Of a stretch of DNA of 64,000 nt, positions 1 to 9,476 are shown piece by piece; the stretch's first letter is position 1; each line of letters begins with the position of its first letter. The translations under genes and the position numbers were made by a program. Under the pieces are notes generated by a model that had not been told where the DNA came from, made no database searches, and was given only the letters and a program-made list of their open reading frames with translations. The stretch is from a virus (lineage: Duplodnaviria; Caudoviricetes): positions 31,132 through 95,131 of IMG/VR virus record IMGVR_UViG_3300020050_010385. The stretch is one strand, 5' to 3'.

Positions 1-171
1 ATCTTGATGCGTCGTGACATTGATACCTTGTTCCAAGAACTCCCGGTTGAGTATCAAACAACCGCTGTCGGGACGTTGAATAACTTCAACTTCCAGAACG
101 TCGCCTACGCTCAATACGCAGGCGTTACGGTTCTTAAACCATTGGAAATTCTCTACATTGATAAAACATAA
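1..171 (+). CDS. Major capsid protein, C-terminal fragment (copy A; 5' end outside window)
   Basis: Frame 1 reads ILMRRDIDTLFQELPVEYQTTAVGTLNNFNFQNVAYAQYAGVTVLKPLEILYIDKT*, nearly identical to the C-terminus of 45821..46876. Confidence 0.9.
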   Translation: MLMRRDIDTLFQELPVEYQTTAVGTLNNFNFQNVAYAQYAGVTVLKPLEILYIDKT

Positions 172-184
172 TCAATAGAGAAAT

Positions 185-220
185 GGGGAGGGTAGTTTTC
201 TAGCGACTTCTACCCTCTCC
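185..220 (+). promoter_or_regulatory. Stem-loop downstream of the capsid gene (mRNA-stabilising or attenuating hairpin)
   Basis: GGGGAGGGTAG...CTACCCTCTCC; an equivalent hairpin with different sequence is at 46889..46922. Confidence 0.6.
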
Positions 221-246
221 TTCCTAAAAACAAAAAGGAGTTAACG

Positions 247-462
247 ATGTATAGAATCACCAATAGTTCCAACCGTTCCTTTATCGTTAGGGCGGAAGAT
301 GTAATCAAAGGTGCCTCAGCAGGGCATAAAAAAGAAGAAAAAATCATTGAACCCGGTAAAGGTATCGTTGAAGTCTCCGATAAGCTCGGTAAGAACCTTG
401 TGGGTTACGCAGGAATAACCGTCGTAGAAATTGTCGAAGAGAAGAAAACAAAAGGAAAATAA
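247..462 (+). CDS. Small virion-module protein after MCP (copy A)
   Basis: AAGGAG RBS; conserved with 46942..47151. Confidence 0.8.
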   Translation: MYRITNSSNRSFIVRAEDVIKGASAGHKKEEKIIEPGKGIVEVSDKLGKNLVGYAGITVVEIVEEKKTKGK

Positions 463-463
463 A

Positions 464-907
464 ATGAGTTGGACACTGCCAACCGTAGCTGAATTTAAAA
501 CTCAATTTTACCGAGACTTTCCTTACGCTCCAGATAGCGATCCGAGTAACTTGGATTACGTAATTGACCTAGACATTACTAACGCAATTAACGAGGCTTT
601 CAACAACTTTAACTACGCCTTGTTTGGTGACTTAGCTGCCAAGATATTCCTTTACTTAGCCGCTCATACCTTGGTTTTGAATATTCGTAATTCGTCAATG
701 GGGCTTTCTTCTTTGGCAAAGTTTGCTTTGGATTCTAGTTCGGTTGGTGGTGTTTCGATTTCAAACAACATCAACGATAAGTTTGCAGGGGATCCGATGT
801 TTTCTGGATACCTAACAACGGGGTACGGAAAAAAGTACCTCGACCTTGTTTACCCGTTCACAGTCGGAAATGTCGGAATGAGTTGTGGGTGGACTACCGC
901 AGCCTAA
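464..907 (+). CDS. Head-tail adaptor (DUF4054-like), copy A
   Basis: F..FP.F-like start, YLAAH, SSSVGGVSIS and TTGYGKKY motifs; ATG at 464 after AAGGA. Confidence 0.75.
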   Translation: MSWTLPTVAEFKTQFYRDFPYAPDSDPSNLDYVIDLDITNAINEAFNNFNYALFGDLAAKIFLYLAAHTLVLNIRNSSMGLSSLAKFALDSSSVGGVSISNNINDKFAGDPMFSGYLTTGYGKKYLDLVYPFTVGNVGMSCGWTTAA

Positions 908-915
908 GGAGTTGA

Positions 916-1467
916 ATGAGTTCCAAGGTTACCAAAATCGGAAATTCAGGATCGGTTAAATTAGACTTAACCAACCTGAAGTCTTTGATTAAAAACATCA
1001 ACTCTCAGTACGTGGTCAAGGTAGGAATCCTTGGGGGAGACGCTTCCCAAGCGCATCAAAGAAAAGAGACGGGTGCTCCGGCTAAGGGTGGCGGTCATAA
1101 AAAAGGCAAAAACGATTCCCCCACAACCAACGCCGAAATAGGCTTGGCGCATGAAAAAGGGATTAAGTCCAAAAACCTACCCCGACGTTCTTGGTTAGAA
1201 GTTCCTCTCCAGGATCACCTGAACGAGTATTTTAAGAAACTTGGTCCAGAAGTTATTTCTGATATGTTAGTTAATCAACCCAAGTTAGCTTTTCAGAATT
1301 TAGGGTTTGTTTGTGAGCAAATTATTCTCAAGGGGTTCGAGACTAATGGTTTCGGGAAATGGAAGGCTCTTAAACAGTCTACCATTAATGCTAAAGGTTC
1401 GGATCGGATTCTCGTTGACACAGCACAACTTAAAAAATCCATAACTTCTGAGGTAGTGACCAAGTGA
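916..1467 (+). CDS. Neck/virion morphogenesis protein, copy A
   Basis: VKVGIL, AHEKG, PRRSWL, STINAKGS...LVDTAQLKKSI motifs typical of myovirus neck/tail-completion proteins. Confidence 0.75.
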   Translation: MSSKVTKIGNSGSVKLDLTNLKSLIKNINSQYVVKVGILGGDASQAHQRKETGAPAKGGGHKKGKNDSPTTNAEIGLAHEKGIKSKNLPRRSWLEVPLQDHLNEYFKKLGPEVISDMLVNQPKLAFQNLGFVCEQIILKGFETNGFGKWKALKQSTINAKGSDRILVDTAQLKKSITSEVVTK

Positions 1468-1871
1468 TTAAGAACGGTAAAGATAAAGCTTTTGGACAAT
1501 CTTCTGCAGGCTTACCCGACGTTTCTCCTGCCGTGATGAACCTGTTTCAACCTGTGACCGTGGGCATTATTAAAGCCACACAGGTGGGGGGTTACACTCA
1601 AACTATTGTTACCGAACGGATCCGGACAAAGGGCGTTCGTATCCAAAACCCCAATCAACTGGTAATGTCAAAGACGGGGGAAAGAATTTGGGACTCGGTC
1701 GAAATCTACTTTTTGAACGATATTAACCTAGCCGCCGACGATCTTTTTATCTTCCAGGGAATTCAGTATCGAGTAGTTGCGACCGAAGAATGGACCGAGT
1801 ATGGTTACAATCGTTATTCAGTTGTCCAGGATTACACTAAAATTTATAACCCGTTACCAAATGTCCTATGA
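1464..1871 (+). CDS. Head-closure/connector protein, copy A
   Basis: Position; D..F.G..YRV...EW..YGY motif; conserved in copy B. Confidence 0.6.
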   Translation: MIKNGKDKAFGQSSAGLPDVSPAVMNLFQPVTVGIIKATQVGGYTQTIVTERIRTKGVRIQNPNQLVMSKTGERIWDSVEIYFLNDINLAADDLFIFQGIQYRVVATEEWTEYGYNRYSVVQDYTKIYNPLPNVL

Positions 1872-2440
1872 TTAAATCCGACGGTATACCTCAAACTTCT
1901 CTTGACCTTTTGCGTTTGATTTTAATTAATCAAATGGGGTTGGAAGGCGACCGAGTCAATGTCTACGACGAAAAGTGGAAGATCCCTGCTTATGAGGATT
2001 TGTTCATTACCCTTGAATACCGTAACGCACGTTGTATTTCTAATCGTAATACCTTTGTTTCTACGGGCGGTGACCCCATTGAAGAGCAGGACGTTAACAT
2101 GCTGGAAAACATTACGGTGGGAGTTTTCTCCAGGGATCGTTCTGCAACGCAACGCAAAGAAGAAGTTTTGATGGCAATCATGTCTCAGTATGCTCAATTT
2201 ATCCAGGAGTCTTATGCATTCAAAATAGCGAGAGTGGGTTCTATCGATGATCTTTCAAGCTTAGAGGGTGCCGCAATGCTGAAAAGATACGACGTTAACT
2301 TAACCGTCTTTGCTTGGTACCAGAAAATTATTACACCCCGATATATTTCACCACCTTTCTTAGTTCGTGTAACAGCGAACGATTCGGGTAATGGGAAAAT
2401 GACAAATCAATTTACGCAGATATTAACTCAACCAACATAA
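1868..2440 (+). CDS. Tail terminator/completion protein, copy A
   Basis: Immediately upstream of the sheath gene; conserved in copy B. Confidence 0.6.
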   Translation: MIKSDGIPQTSLDLLRLILINQMGLEGDRVNVYDEKWKIPAYEDLFITLEYRNARCISNRNTFVSTGGDPIEEQDVNMLENITVGVFSRDRSATQRKEEVLMAIMSQYAQFIQESYAFKIARVGSIDDLSSLEGAAMLKRYDVNLTVFAWYQKIITPRYISPPFLVRVTANDSGNGKMTNQFTQILTQPT

Positions 2441-2453
2441 AGGAGTACGATGA

Positions 2454-3818
2454 ATGTCTACACTTCCGTTGTCTAATGTAATTTCCGTGAACGTCTTCTT
2501 CCCACCTACGGGAGTCGGGGCGTTTAATGTAAACAACTTAGCTTTGTTTACTTCTGATGCTTTTTTAAGTAATCCTGATAACGACGCCTATCGGGTTTAC
2601 ACTTCCGCTCAGCAGGTAGGGGTTGATTTCGGAACCACGACTGAAACCTACGAACAAGCCGTTGCAGTTTTCTCCCAGCAACCGAATATCTTAGCTGGTG
2701 GTGGTACGTTGATCATCTTCCCAAGCTTTGTTAATAGCGCAATCAACGCAGTTAGCATTGCAGCAGGTGGTACGGGATACGTGGTCGGGGATGTTCTTAA
2801 CGTGGTTCAGGGGGTTGCTTACGGTGGTGTGGTTCGTGTATCGAGCGTTTATGCAGGGGCGGTCACGGGAGTTACCGTGGTTTCGGGCGGTGCAGGGTAT
2901 TCTGCAGCAGTCGGTTTAACTACCACTGGCGGTACGGGTAGTGGATGCACCATTACTATCTCGACAGTTACCACTGAAACTTTAACGCAAGCTGTCGCTC
3001 GTGTGTCAGAAATGGTCTTCTTCTGCGGTATCATTTCCACGTCGTATGGTGCTAATTCAACCTGGGCAGCGTTGGCAACGGCGATTCAATCTTACGGTAA
3101 TAAGCTTTTGTTCTTACCTTCGAACGCTTTGACCGATATCCCTGGAGTTTTCACTACGATTAAAAATGCAACGAATTACTACACACGTTGTTTGTATTAC
3201 TCTGGTACGGCTTTGCAAGGTCGTTTGTTCGCAGCTTCTTATGCGGCTAGACTCTTGTCCGTGGACTTTACGGGTTCCTTCACAGCCATCACAATGAACC
3301 TGAAACAACTTTCGGGTGTCACAGCTGACGCAGGGATCAATACAACTGTTGCAGCGTTGTGCGTGACGGCAGGGGTTGACGTGTACGCTTCTTACGCCAA
3401 CGTTCCAGCAACCATCTCAAACGGAGCAAACAAATACGCTGATCAAGTTTTCAACCTTATCTGGTTCGTTCTCGCTCTCCAGGTAGCTGGGTATAACGCT
3501 TTAGCTACTTTGTCAACTAAGATTCCTCAGACAGATAGCGGTATGAATCTTTACAAAGGTGCTTTAAAACAAATCTGTGAGCAAGCAGTAGCCAACGGTT
3601 ACTTGGCTCCCGGGACTTGGACAGCGGTTGATACCTTCGGGAATCAGGCTGACTTCCTTAATAACATCCTTTCCAAAGGTTACTATATCTACTCTGCTCC
3701 GATCAATCTACAAACCGTTGCAGCAAGAGCAGCACGTCAAGCACCACTCGTTCAGATTGCAGTTAAAGAAGCCGGAGCAATCCAGTCCAGCGTCATCAAC
3801 GTATATGTTAATCCGTAA
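2454..3818 (+). CDS. Contractile tail sheath (DUF3383-like), copy A
   Basis: LPLSNVISVNV start; KIPQTDSG, AVANGYLAPGTW, GYYIY, AGAIQ motifs. Confidence 0.88.
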   Translation: MSTLPLSNVISVNVFFPPTGVGAFNVNNLALFTSDAFLSNPDNDAYRVYTSAQQVGVDFGTTTETYEQAVAVFSQQPNILAGGGTLIIFPSFVNSAINAVSIAAGGTGYVVGDVLNVVQGVAYGGVVRVSSVYAGAVTGVTVVSGGAGYSAAVGLTTTGGTGSGCTITISTVTTETLTQAVARVSEMVFFCGIISTSYGANSTWAALATAIQSYGNKLLFLPSNALTDIPGVFTTIKNATNYYTRCLYYSGTALQGRLFAASYAARLLSVDFTGSFTAITMNLKQLSGVTADAGINTTVAALCVTAGVDVYASYANVPATISNGANKYADQVFNLIWFVLALQVAGYNALATLSTKIPQTDSGMNLYKGALKQICEQAVANGYLAPGTWTAVDTFGNQADFLNNILSKGYYIYSAPINLQTVAARAARQAPLVQIAVKEAGAIQSSVINVYVNP

Positions 3819-3838
3819 TTCTAAAGAAGGAGAAAATA

Positions 3839-4294
3839 ATGTCAATTGTAGCATTAACTGGAAAAGACACTATCACGATCAATGGTCGTAATCTTAACGA
3901 CTTTGCGGATGGTGTGGTTGCAGAAATTACATTCCCAAATGACCTAGTGCAAATGAAAACGGGGAAAAATGGTAATACGCTTTACGGTTTGAACAACACA
4001 GGAAGACAAAGCGAAGTTAATTTGAGAGTCATTCTTGGTTCATCGGACGACATCTTTTTTAACAATCTACTCCTGAATATGCAGAGCAACTTTGCAGGCT
4101 TTGCCTTGATGGTCGGTACTTTCGTTAAAAACGTTGGGGACGGTGCTGGAAATGTGAAGCCCGTAACCTATGTTATGTCGGGTGGGGTTTTAAAACGTCC
4201 GGTCAGTGCAATGGAGAACTCTGACGGTGACACGAATCAGTCAGTTTCCGAATGGCACTTAATGTTTAGCAACGCTCCTAGAGCGATAGGTTAA
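3839..4294 (+). CDS. Tail tube protein, copy A
   Basis: 151 aa after the sheath; conserved in copy B. Confidence 0.8.
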   Translation: MSIVALTGKDTITINGRNLNDFADGVVAEITFPNDLVQMKTGKNGNTLYGLNNTGRQSEVNLRVILGSSDDIFFNNLLLNMQSNFAGFALMVGTFVKNVGDGAGNVKPVTYVMSGGVLKRPVSAMENSDGDTNQSVSEWHLMFSNAPRAIG

Positions 4295-4298
4295 GCCC

Positions 4299-4676
4299 AT
4301 GGAACCACTTAAAAAGACACTCGAGTCCGGAGTGGAACTGACAGTCAGTTTGGCTTCTTTTCCAGAAGGACACCGCTTGTTTAAAGCGGTAACAAAAGAA
4401 TTACAAAGTGTCGACTTGGCTGAGGACACCGTTCAAAAACTGTCCATGCAGTTAGTTTCCAGTGACGCAATCGAACAAGCTTTGTGGCCTTGCATGGCAC
4501 GGGCGACGTATAACGGTTTAAAAGTTAACCAAGAATTATTTGAAAATGCAGAAGCTAGATGTGACTTTCTGGAAGTCATGAAGGAGGTGCTGGCTTATAA
4601 CCTCGTCCCTTTCTCAAAAAACCTAGGTTCATTGTCAACGGCCATATTCCGAAAAGATACAGATATCCTAACGTAA
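4299..4676 (+). CDS. Tail assembly chaperone (short, G form), copy A
   Basis: Between tube and tape measure genes; contains slippery heptamers. Confidence 0.75.
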   Translation: MEPLKKTLESGVELTVSLASFPEGHRLFKAVTKELQSVDLAEDTVQKLSMQLVSSDAIEQALWPCMARATYNGLKVNQELFENAEARCDFLEVMKEVLAYNLVPFSKNLGSLSTAIFRKDTDILT

Positions 4677-4852
4677 GTATAAACGTTGACGATTCAGTAA
4701 TTATTGTTCTTAGGTTAAGTAAACACGGATATGGTAGTATTAAAGAATTAATGGAAATGTCTTCGGAGTGGATTTTAGCAGCACTGGAGTATGACAACTT
4801 TGTTAACGAGTTAGAAAGTGCTTTTGTAGAACTGAATAAGGACGCTCGATGA
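4299..4852 (+). CDS. Tail assembly chaperone, -1 frameshifted (GT form), copy A
   Basis: In-phase C_CCT_TTC (4607-4613) and A_AAA_AAC (4616-4622); the -1 frame is open to TGA 4850-4852, overlapping the TMP ATG; same in copy B. Confidence 0.75.
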
Positions 4853-5886
4853 AAATAGCTGAATTGTTTGCAGAAGTTGGTTTTAAGTTTGACTCCATTA
4901 AGTTGAGAGAGGTTACTAAGTTGCTAGGTAATCTTAATCTTTCTTCCGTGGTGGGAGCGACTTCACTAGCTACCCTAGGAAAGGGGATTGCTTCTATTAT
5001 GGATCAAGCAAGTAAGGCTTCCGTAGCGTTACTCAATCTAAGAGAAGCCACGGGTTTAGATCCCCTTAGACTCCACCAACTGGATGTTTACTTCCAGAAG
5101 TTTGGAGCCAGTGCGGGAGAAGCCCAACAAGCAATTTACAATTTAAACAAGTTACGTCTCGAAGTTCTACAGGGTAGAGGTGACGCTCAACCGTTCATTA
5201 TGACAGGGTTGTCTCCTACAACCGACACCCTTAAGCTACTGGATCAAATTCATGAAAAGTTTAGTGATACGTCCTTCTTGAAAAACTGGGCAGGATCTTT
5301 TGCTCAGGGTGCTCAGTCTCTTCAAGAAATGCGTGCTGCCTGGAAAGACATGATTGCAAGTCAGTTCGGTTTTACTTCAAGTATGTTACGGGGTTTAGAT
5401 CAATCTAATGAAAAATGGAAAGATCAATTAAAGATATTGGGTTTGAATCTGGAAGAAGTAAAAGCAAACGCTGAGGTGCATGAAAAATGGGTTGGTGCCA
5501 TGAATGACCTCAATCTTGAGACACAGAAATTAGTTACCAACTTAACTCCGATTGCTATTGAGGTTTTAAAAATTGTAGAAGCTACCACACGTTGGGTAGA
5601 CAATACAAAAATTTTAGAGAACTTGTTGAAACGAGGAGTTACCAACGTTAAAGCTTACGGGTACATGGCGCACGAGGTTGGGAACAAAGGGAGTCAGTTT
5701 ATAAAAGATATAATCCCTAACCTCAGAGGGATGCTGTTACCAAGCGTAGATCGTCAAATGAAACAAACAAACAATGTTACGGTGCACGTCAATGCTAACA
5801 ATCCCGAAGAGTTTGTAACTAAATTTGATTCAGTATTTAAAAAATATCTTTCTAACGCTGACATTCAATTCGGACAACAACGATGA
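4849..5886 (+). CDS. Tape measure protein (short, 345 aa), copy A
   Basis: MKIAELF..VGF start, helical composition, follows chaperone genes. Confidence 0.75.
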   Translation: MKIAELFAEVGFKFDSIKLREVTKLLGNLNLSSVVGATSLATLGKGIASIMDQASKASVALLNLREATGLDPLRLHQLDVYFQKFGASAGEAQQAIYNLNKLRLEVLQGRGDAQPFIMTGLSPTTDTLKLLDQIHEKFSDTSFLKNWAGSFAQGAQSLQEMRAAWKDMIASQFGFTSSMLRGLDQSNEKWKDQLKILGLNLEEVKANAEVHEKWVGAMNDLNLETQKLVTNLTPIAIEVLKIVEATTRWVDNTKILENLLKRGVTNVKAYGYMAHEVGNKGSQFIKDIIPNLRGMLLPSVDRQMKQTNNVTVHVNANNPEEFVTKFDSVFKKYLSNADIQFGQQR

Positions 5887-6773
5887 GCCTAAATTTAAAC
5901 TTTGCTTCAAAGAAACCTAACTTAGTTCAGAATGCAGCCAATCTCCTTTCTTCAGTTGTTAACCAGGCTATCGTTAGACCTCTTGGAATGCCGAACGTCA
6001 TTGGTGTTTCTGGATTCGTAATGGACATTCTGGAGGATGAAGAAATAAGTTTAGATTCGGACATTACTGATCATTACGTTGAACAGAACTACGCTATTCA
6101 AGATCACATAGCTTTGAAACCCGTGCGGTTTTCCCTCAAAGGATTAGTGGGAGAACAGGTAGACTCTTTACCCAATTCGCTCGCTACTATCTTTACCCAG
6201 GTAACAGGGCTGTCTACGTTAGGGGGACTGACTCCGCAGTTTAACGTTCAGGATGCTCAATTCTACGCAAAGGTGAATGACGTAGTTCAGCTTGGAACTA
6301 ACGTTTTGAAACAGGTTAAGAATGTCTTTCAACTTTTCAATCAGTCTTCCACAACCACCAACAAACAACAAACGGTGTACCAATTCTTCTACAACATGTG
6401 GAAGACTCGACAACTTTGTTCGGTAGAAACTCCTTTTGCGGTATTTGAAAACATGGCTATTGAGTCCGTCCGGGCATTCCAATCTGGTGACACGGACATG
6501 ATTAGTGAATTCGTGGTTACTTTTAAACAGATTCAAACCGTTTCAACCGTAGTTTTTTCGGGTAACGTGGGATCGATGGTTTCACAAAACCTCGGATCAA
6601 TTTCTAACCTACCCCGTGAACCCGGAGGACGTTTTGAGCAGATGGTTTCTTCTCCAGTAAGCTTGGGAACCGATCCGGGTAAAGCTAATGACGTAAACGG
6701 TAACTTGATTTCCGTAGCAAATACTTCTCAAAACCTATATGTTCAACAAGCTGGTGCACCGAATGAGTATTAA
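5883..6773 (+). CDS. Baseplate/tube-initiator (Dit-like) protein, copy A
   Basis: ITDHYVE...IQDH..LKP and VETPF..FENMAI motifs. Confidence 0.7.
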   Translation: MSLNLNFASKKPNLVQNAANLLSSVVNQAIVRPLGMPNVIGVSGFVMDILEDEEISLDSDITDHYVEQNYAIQDHIALKPVRFSLKGLVGEQVDSLPNSLATIFTQVTGLSTLGGLTPQFNVQDAQFYAKVNDVVQLGTNVLKQVKNVFQLFNQSSTTTNKQQTVYQFFYNMWKTRQLCSVETPFAVFENMAIESVRAFQSGDTDMISEFVVTFKQIQTVSTVVFSGNVGSMVSQNLGSISNLPREPGGRFEQMVSSPVSLGTDPGKANDVNGNLISVANTSQNLYVQQAGAPNEY

Positions 6774-6776
6774 TCT

Positions 6777-7148
6777 ATGAAACAGATAACCTCTTTAACG
6801 AATGATGCAAATCAGATTTTAGCTGTCATCCTGGACGATGGAACAAAGGTTAGTATTAATTTAACCTATTGTCCGAATCAATTGGGGTGGTTTTATTCTT
6901 TAACTTACGGGGAGTTTTCGGTGAACAATCGGAGAGTGGTTAATTCCCCAAATATGTTAAGACAATTCAGAACCTTTATTCCTTTCGGTTTAGCTTGTTT
7001 AGTCGTTGATGGGTATGAGCCGATTTACCAAAGTGACTTTGTGGACGGAAGGGCTTCGTTGTATATTCTGAATGCTGAGGATTTAGTAGAAACTGAAACT
7101 CTGATTACCGTAACGTTACCGAACTTTGTCGGGTATCCTTTAAACTAA
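6777..7148 (+). CDS. Small baseplate protein, copy A
   Basis: Position between initiator and hub; conserved in copy B. Confidence 0.6.
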   Translation: MKQITSLTNDANQILAVILDDGTKVSINLTYCPNQLGWFYSLTYGEFSVNNRRVVNSPNMLRQFRTFIPFGLACLVVDGYEPIYQSDFVDGRASLYILNAEDLVETETLITVTLPNFVGYPLN

Positions 7149-8089
7149 TGACACTTATAACTAGTACCAATAAATTCCAAAGAACTTACACAATGCAAAT
7201 CCAAGGCATTGATGGTACTATTTATAATGTGGGTTCGGAAAATGGTGGTTCTCTTTTGACCTTAGAGTTTTCCGTTAAACGTGACGTGTTAGCTTCGGCT
7301 CAATCGGGAACTTTCCGCATTCGAAATCTTAACCCCAGTGTTCGATCCCAGATCTATAAAGACTGGTTTGACACCGGAAGGTTACCAACGGTGATCGTTA
7401 AAGCTGGATACCTCGGGACGCCTTTGTCCACTATTTTCAACGGGATTGCTTTGTCGATAACCTCGTATCGTGAAGAAGGTGGAACGGACTTTATTACCGA
7501 AATCGAAGGGCAAGATTACTCTTTGGTAATGTCCAATAGCTTTTCGAACTGGACAATTGGGGACAACAACAACCCTGTAAATCAGGAAGACGTGATTAAT
7601 CGTTTGATTGGAGATCTCAAACTTACTGCCCAGAAGTACGGTAAGACTCTCGCTACGGGAATAGTGGGGGGTTTTCTTGCAAACCGTTACACGTATACGG
7701 CTAACGATTACACCTGGAATTTGTTGCAAGTTGAGACCAATCGCCTTTCATACATTGACAATGGTAAAATTTATTGCCTCCCAAACAACTATGTTTTTGA
7801 AGGCGACGTTAACTTAGTTTCTTCCGAGACGGGTTTGTTGGGAAGTCCTCGTAGATACCAGAGCAATTTGATTGCAGAAATGATCTTTGAACCGTCAATT
7901 ATTCCTGGACAACAAATTTACTTAGACACCAATCTTGACAAATCGTTTAATAGTTCTAAGAACGGAACCTATAAAGTTACGGGCGTGCAGCATGCGGGAG
8001 TTATCTCTTCAGCTGTGAGCGGTAAATGTAAAACCTTAATAACCATGCAAATTATAGGGACTCCGTTTGTAGCGAGTTTTGGTTTATGA
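7148..8089 (+). CDS. Baseplate hub protein, copy A
   Basis: IRNL, KAGY, IFNG, TGLLGSP, P.IIPG, G.YKV..V.H.G motifs. Confidence 0.78.
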   Translation: MTLITSTNKFQRTYTMQIQGIDGTIYNVGSENGGSLLTLEFSVKRDVLASAQSGTFRIRNLNPSVRSQIYKDWFDTGRLPTVIVKAGYLGTPLSTIFNGIALSITSYREEGGTDFITEIEGQDYSLVMSNSFSNWTIGDNNNPVNQEDVINRLIGDLKLTAQKYGKTLATGIVGGFLANRYTYTANDYTWNLLQVETNRLSYIDNGKIYCLPNNYVFEGDVNLVSSETGLLGSPRRYQSNLIAEMIFEPSIIPGQQIYLDTNLDKSFNSSKNGTYKVTGVQHAGVISSAVSGKCKTLITMQIIGTPFVASFGL

Positions 8090-9114
8090 CAGAAAATACT
8101 TCAAACAATAGGTACATAGTTCCCGACCTAGCTGAGTTTCTTTCCAGAAGAATGGACGATATTTCAGCTAGGATCAATTGCTTAACTATGGGTACAATCA
8201 TTTCTTTTAATGCCACAAACCAAACTGCGGTCGTATCTGTCAATTTTCAAAAAGTGATTAAAGGCGTTAATCCTACTGACAATATTGGTGAAGTTTCGGA
8301 CATGGTTGTGAATTATCCCACACTGGTGAATGTACCCGTAGCATTTATGAACGGTGGAGGAGGTTATTTAACTTTCCCGATTATTCCAGGTGACTCATGT
8401 ATTCTTCTTTTCTGTGACCGAGACATGGACATTTGGTTTGCAACGGGGCAAGTAACCCCTCCGAATTCTGAAAGATTGCATGACATTAATGACGCTGTTG
8501 CTTTAATTGGAATCCGTAATTTACAGCAATCTCTAAGTGGATATTCTACTACGAAAGTTCAATTGAACTTTCCTACGGGGTTGGTAACGGTAACCGACCT
8601 AACTGGAGAAAGACTAAATCAGGCGGGATTCCTCCAACCGTACGCTGGTTCCAGTGCACCTTCGGGTTGGTTATTATGCTACGGTCAAGCCATCAGCCGT
8701 ACCACTTACGCTACTCTGTTTGCTGTGATCGGGACTACGTACGGTTCAGGGGACGGTTCCACAACCTTTAATGTACCCGATTTACGTGGTAGAACTGTTG
8801 CAGGGTTGGATAACATGGGCGGTTCGAACGCAAATGTTTTGACCAATACTTACAACCCGAACCGTAACACTCTGGGAGGAAATACTGGAGAAGAAGCTCA
8901 TCAGCTTTCTATTCCAGAAATGCCAGAACATGACCATCCGGGCAGTACTGCTAATACTCGGAATGATAGTTCAGCTGCTGGTGCTGCTGATGCGGCGGTT
9001 CAAGCTCAATTAATTAATAGTCTTATAAATGTTACCGTAGCTCCTCAGGGTAGTGACACACCTCACCAGAACGTTCAACCTACAAAGATGGTTAATTGGA
9101 TTATAAAAATATGA
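8086..9114 (+). CDS. Baseplate spike (Gp138 N-terminal type) fused to a tail-collar domain, copy A
   Basis: N-half LVNVPV..GGG.LTFPI.PGD.C.LLFCDRD.D.W...R.HD.NDA; C-half APSGWLLCYGQAISRTTYA.LFA.IGTTYG.GDGSTTFNVPDLRGR. Confidence 0.85.
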   Translation: MTENTSNNRYIVPDLAEFLSRRMDDISARINCLTMGTIISFNATNQTAVVSVNFQKVIKGVNPTDNIGEVSDMVVNYPTLVNVPVAFMNGGGGYLTFPIIPGDSCILLFCDRDMDIWFATGQVTPPNSERLHDINDAVALIGIRNLQQSLSGYSTTKVQLNFPTGLVTVTDLTGERLNQAGFLQPYAGSSAPSGWLLCYGQAISRTTYATLFAVIGTTYGSGDGSTTFNVPDLRGRTVAGLDNMGGSNANVLTNTYNPNRNTLGGNTGEEAHQLSIPEMPEHDHPGSTANTRNDSSAAGAADAAVQAQLINSLINVTVAPQGSDTPHQNVQPTKMVNWIIKI

Positions 9115-9476
9115 TCATTAGAGCCTTAGACATAAATCACGATTGGACATTTGGTAAAGGTAAAGAGAATTACCTCTCAGGGCAGTTAGCAATTGCTGAA
9201 AATATCCAAACTCGGATATTGTCTTTTTTCGGTAATTGTTTTTTCGACATGTCGGCAGGGATTAATTGGTTCACACTTTTAGGGATACCGAATAGTGAAC
9301 AGCAAATCATGCTGAATGTGCGAGCAGTAATCCTTCAGTCTTACGGAGTTGTGAGCGTAAATAGCATCAGCTTAAACTTGGTTAATTCAAATCGCAGAGC
9401 AACTTTGACTTACAGTATAAACACAATCTACACTCAAAATTATACTCAAACCTTACAGGTGGTACAAGATGTCTAA
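9111..9476 (+). CDS. Baseplate wedge/sheath initiator (gp25-like), copy A
   Basis: MIIRALD...DWTFG, F.G.CFFD...GI.W motifs. Confidence 0.7.
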   Translation: MIIRALDINHDWTFGKGKENYLSGQLAIAENIQTRILSFFGNCFFDMSAGINWFTLLGIPNSEQQIMLNVRAVILQSYGVVSVNSISLNLVNSNRRATLTYSINTIYTQNYTQTLQVVQDV

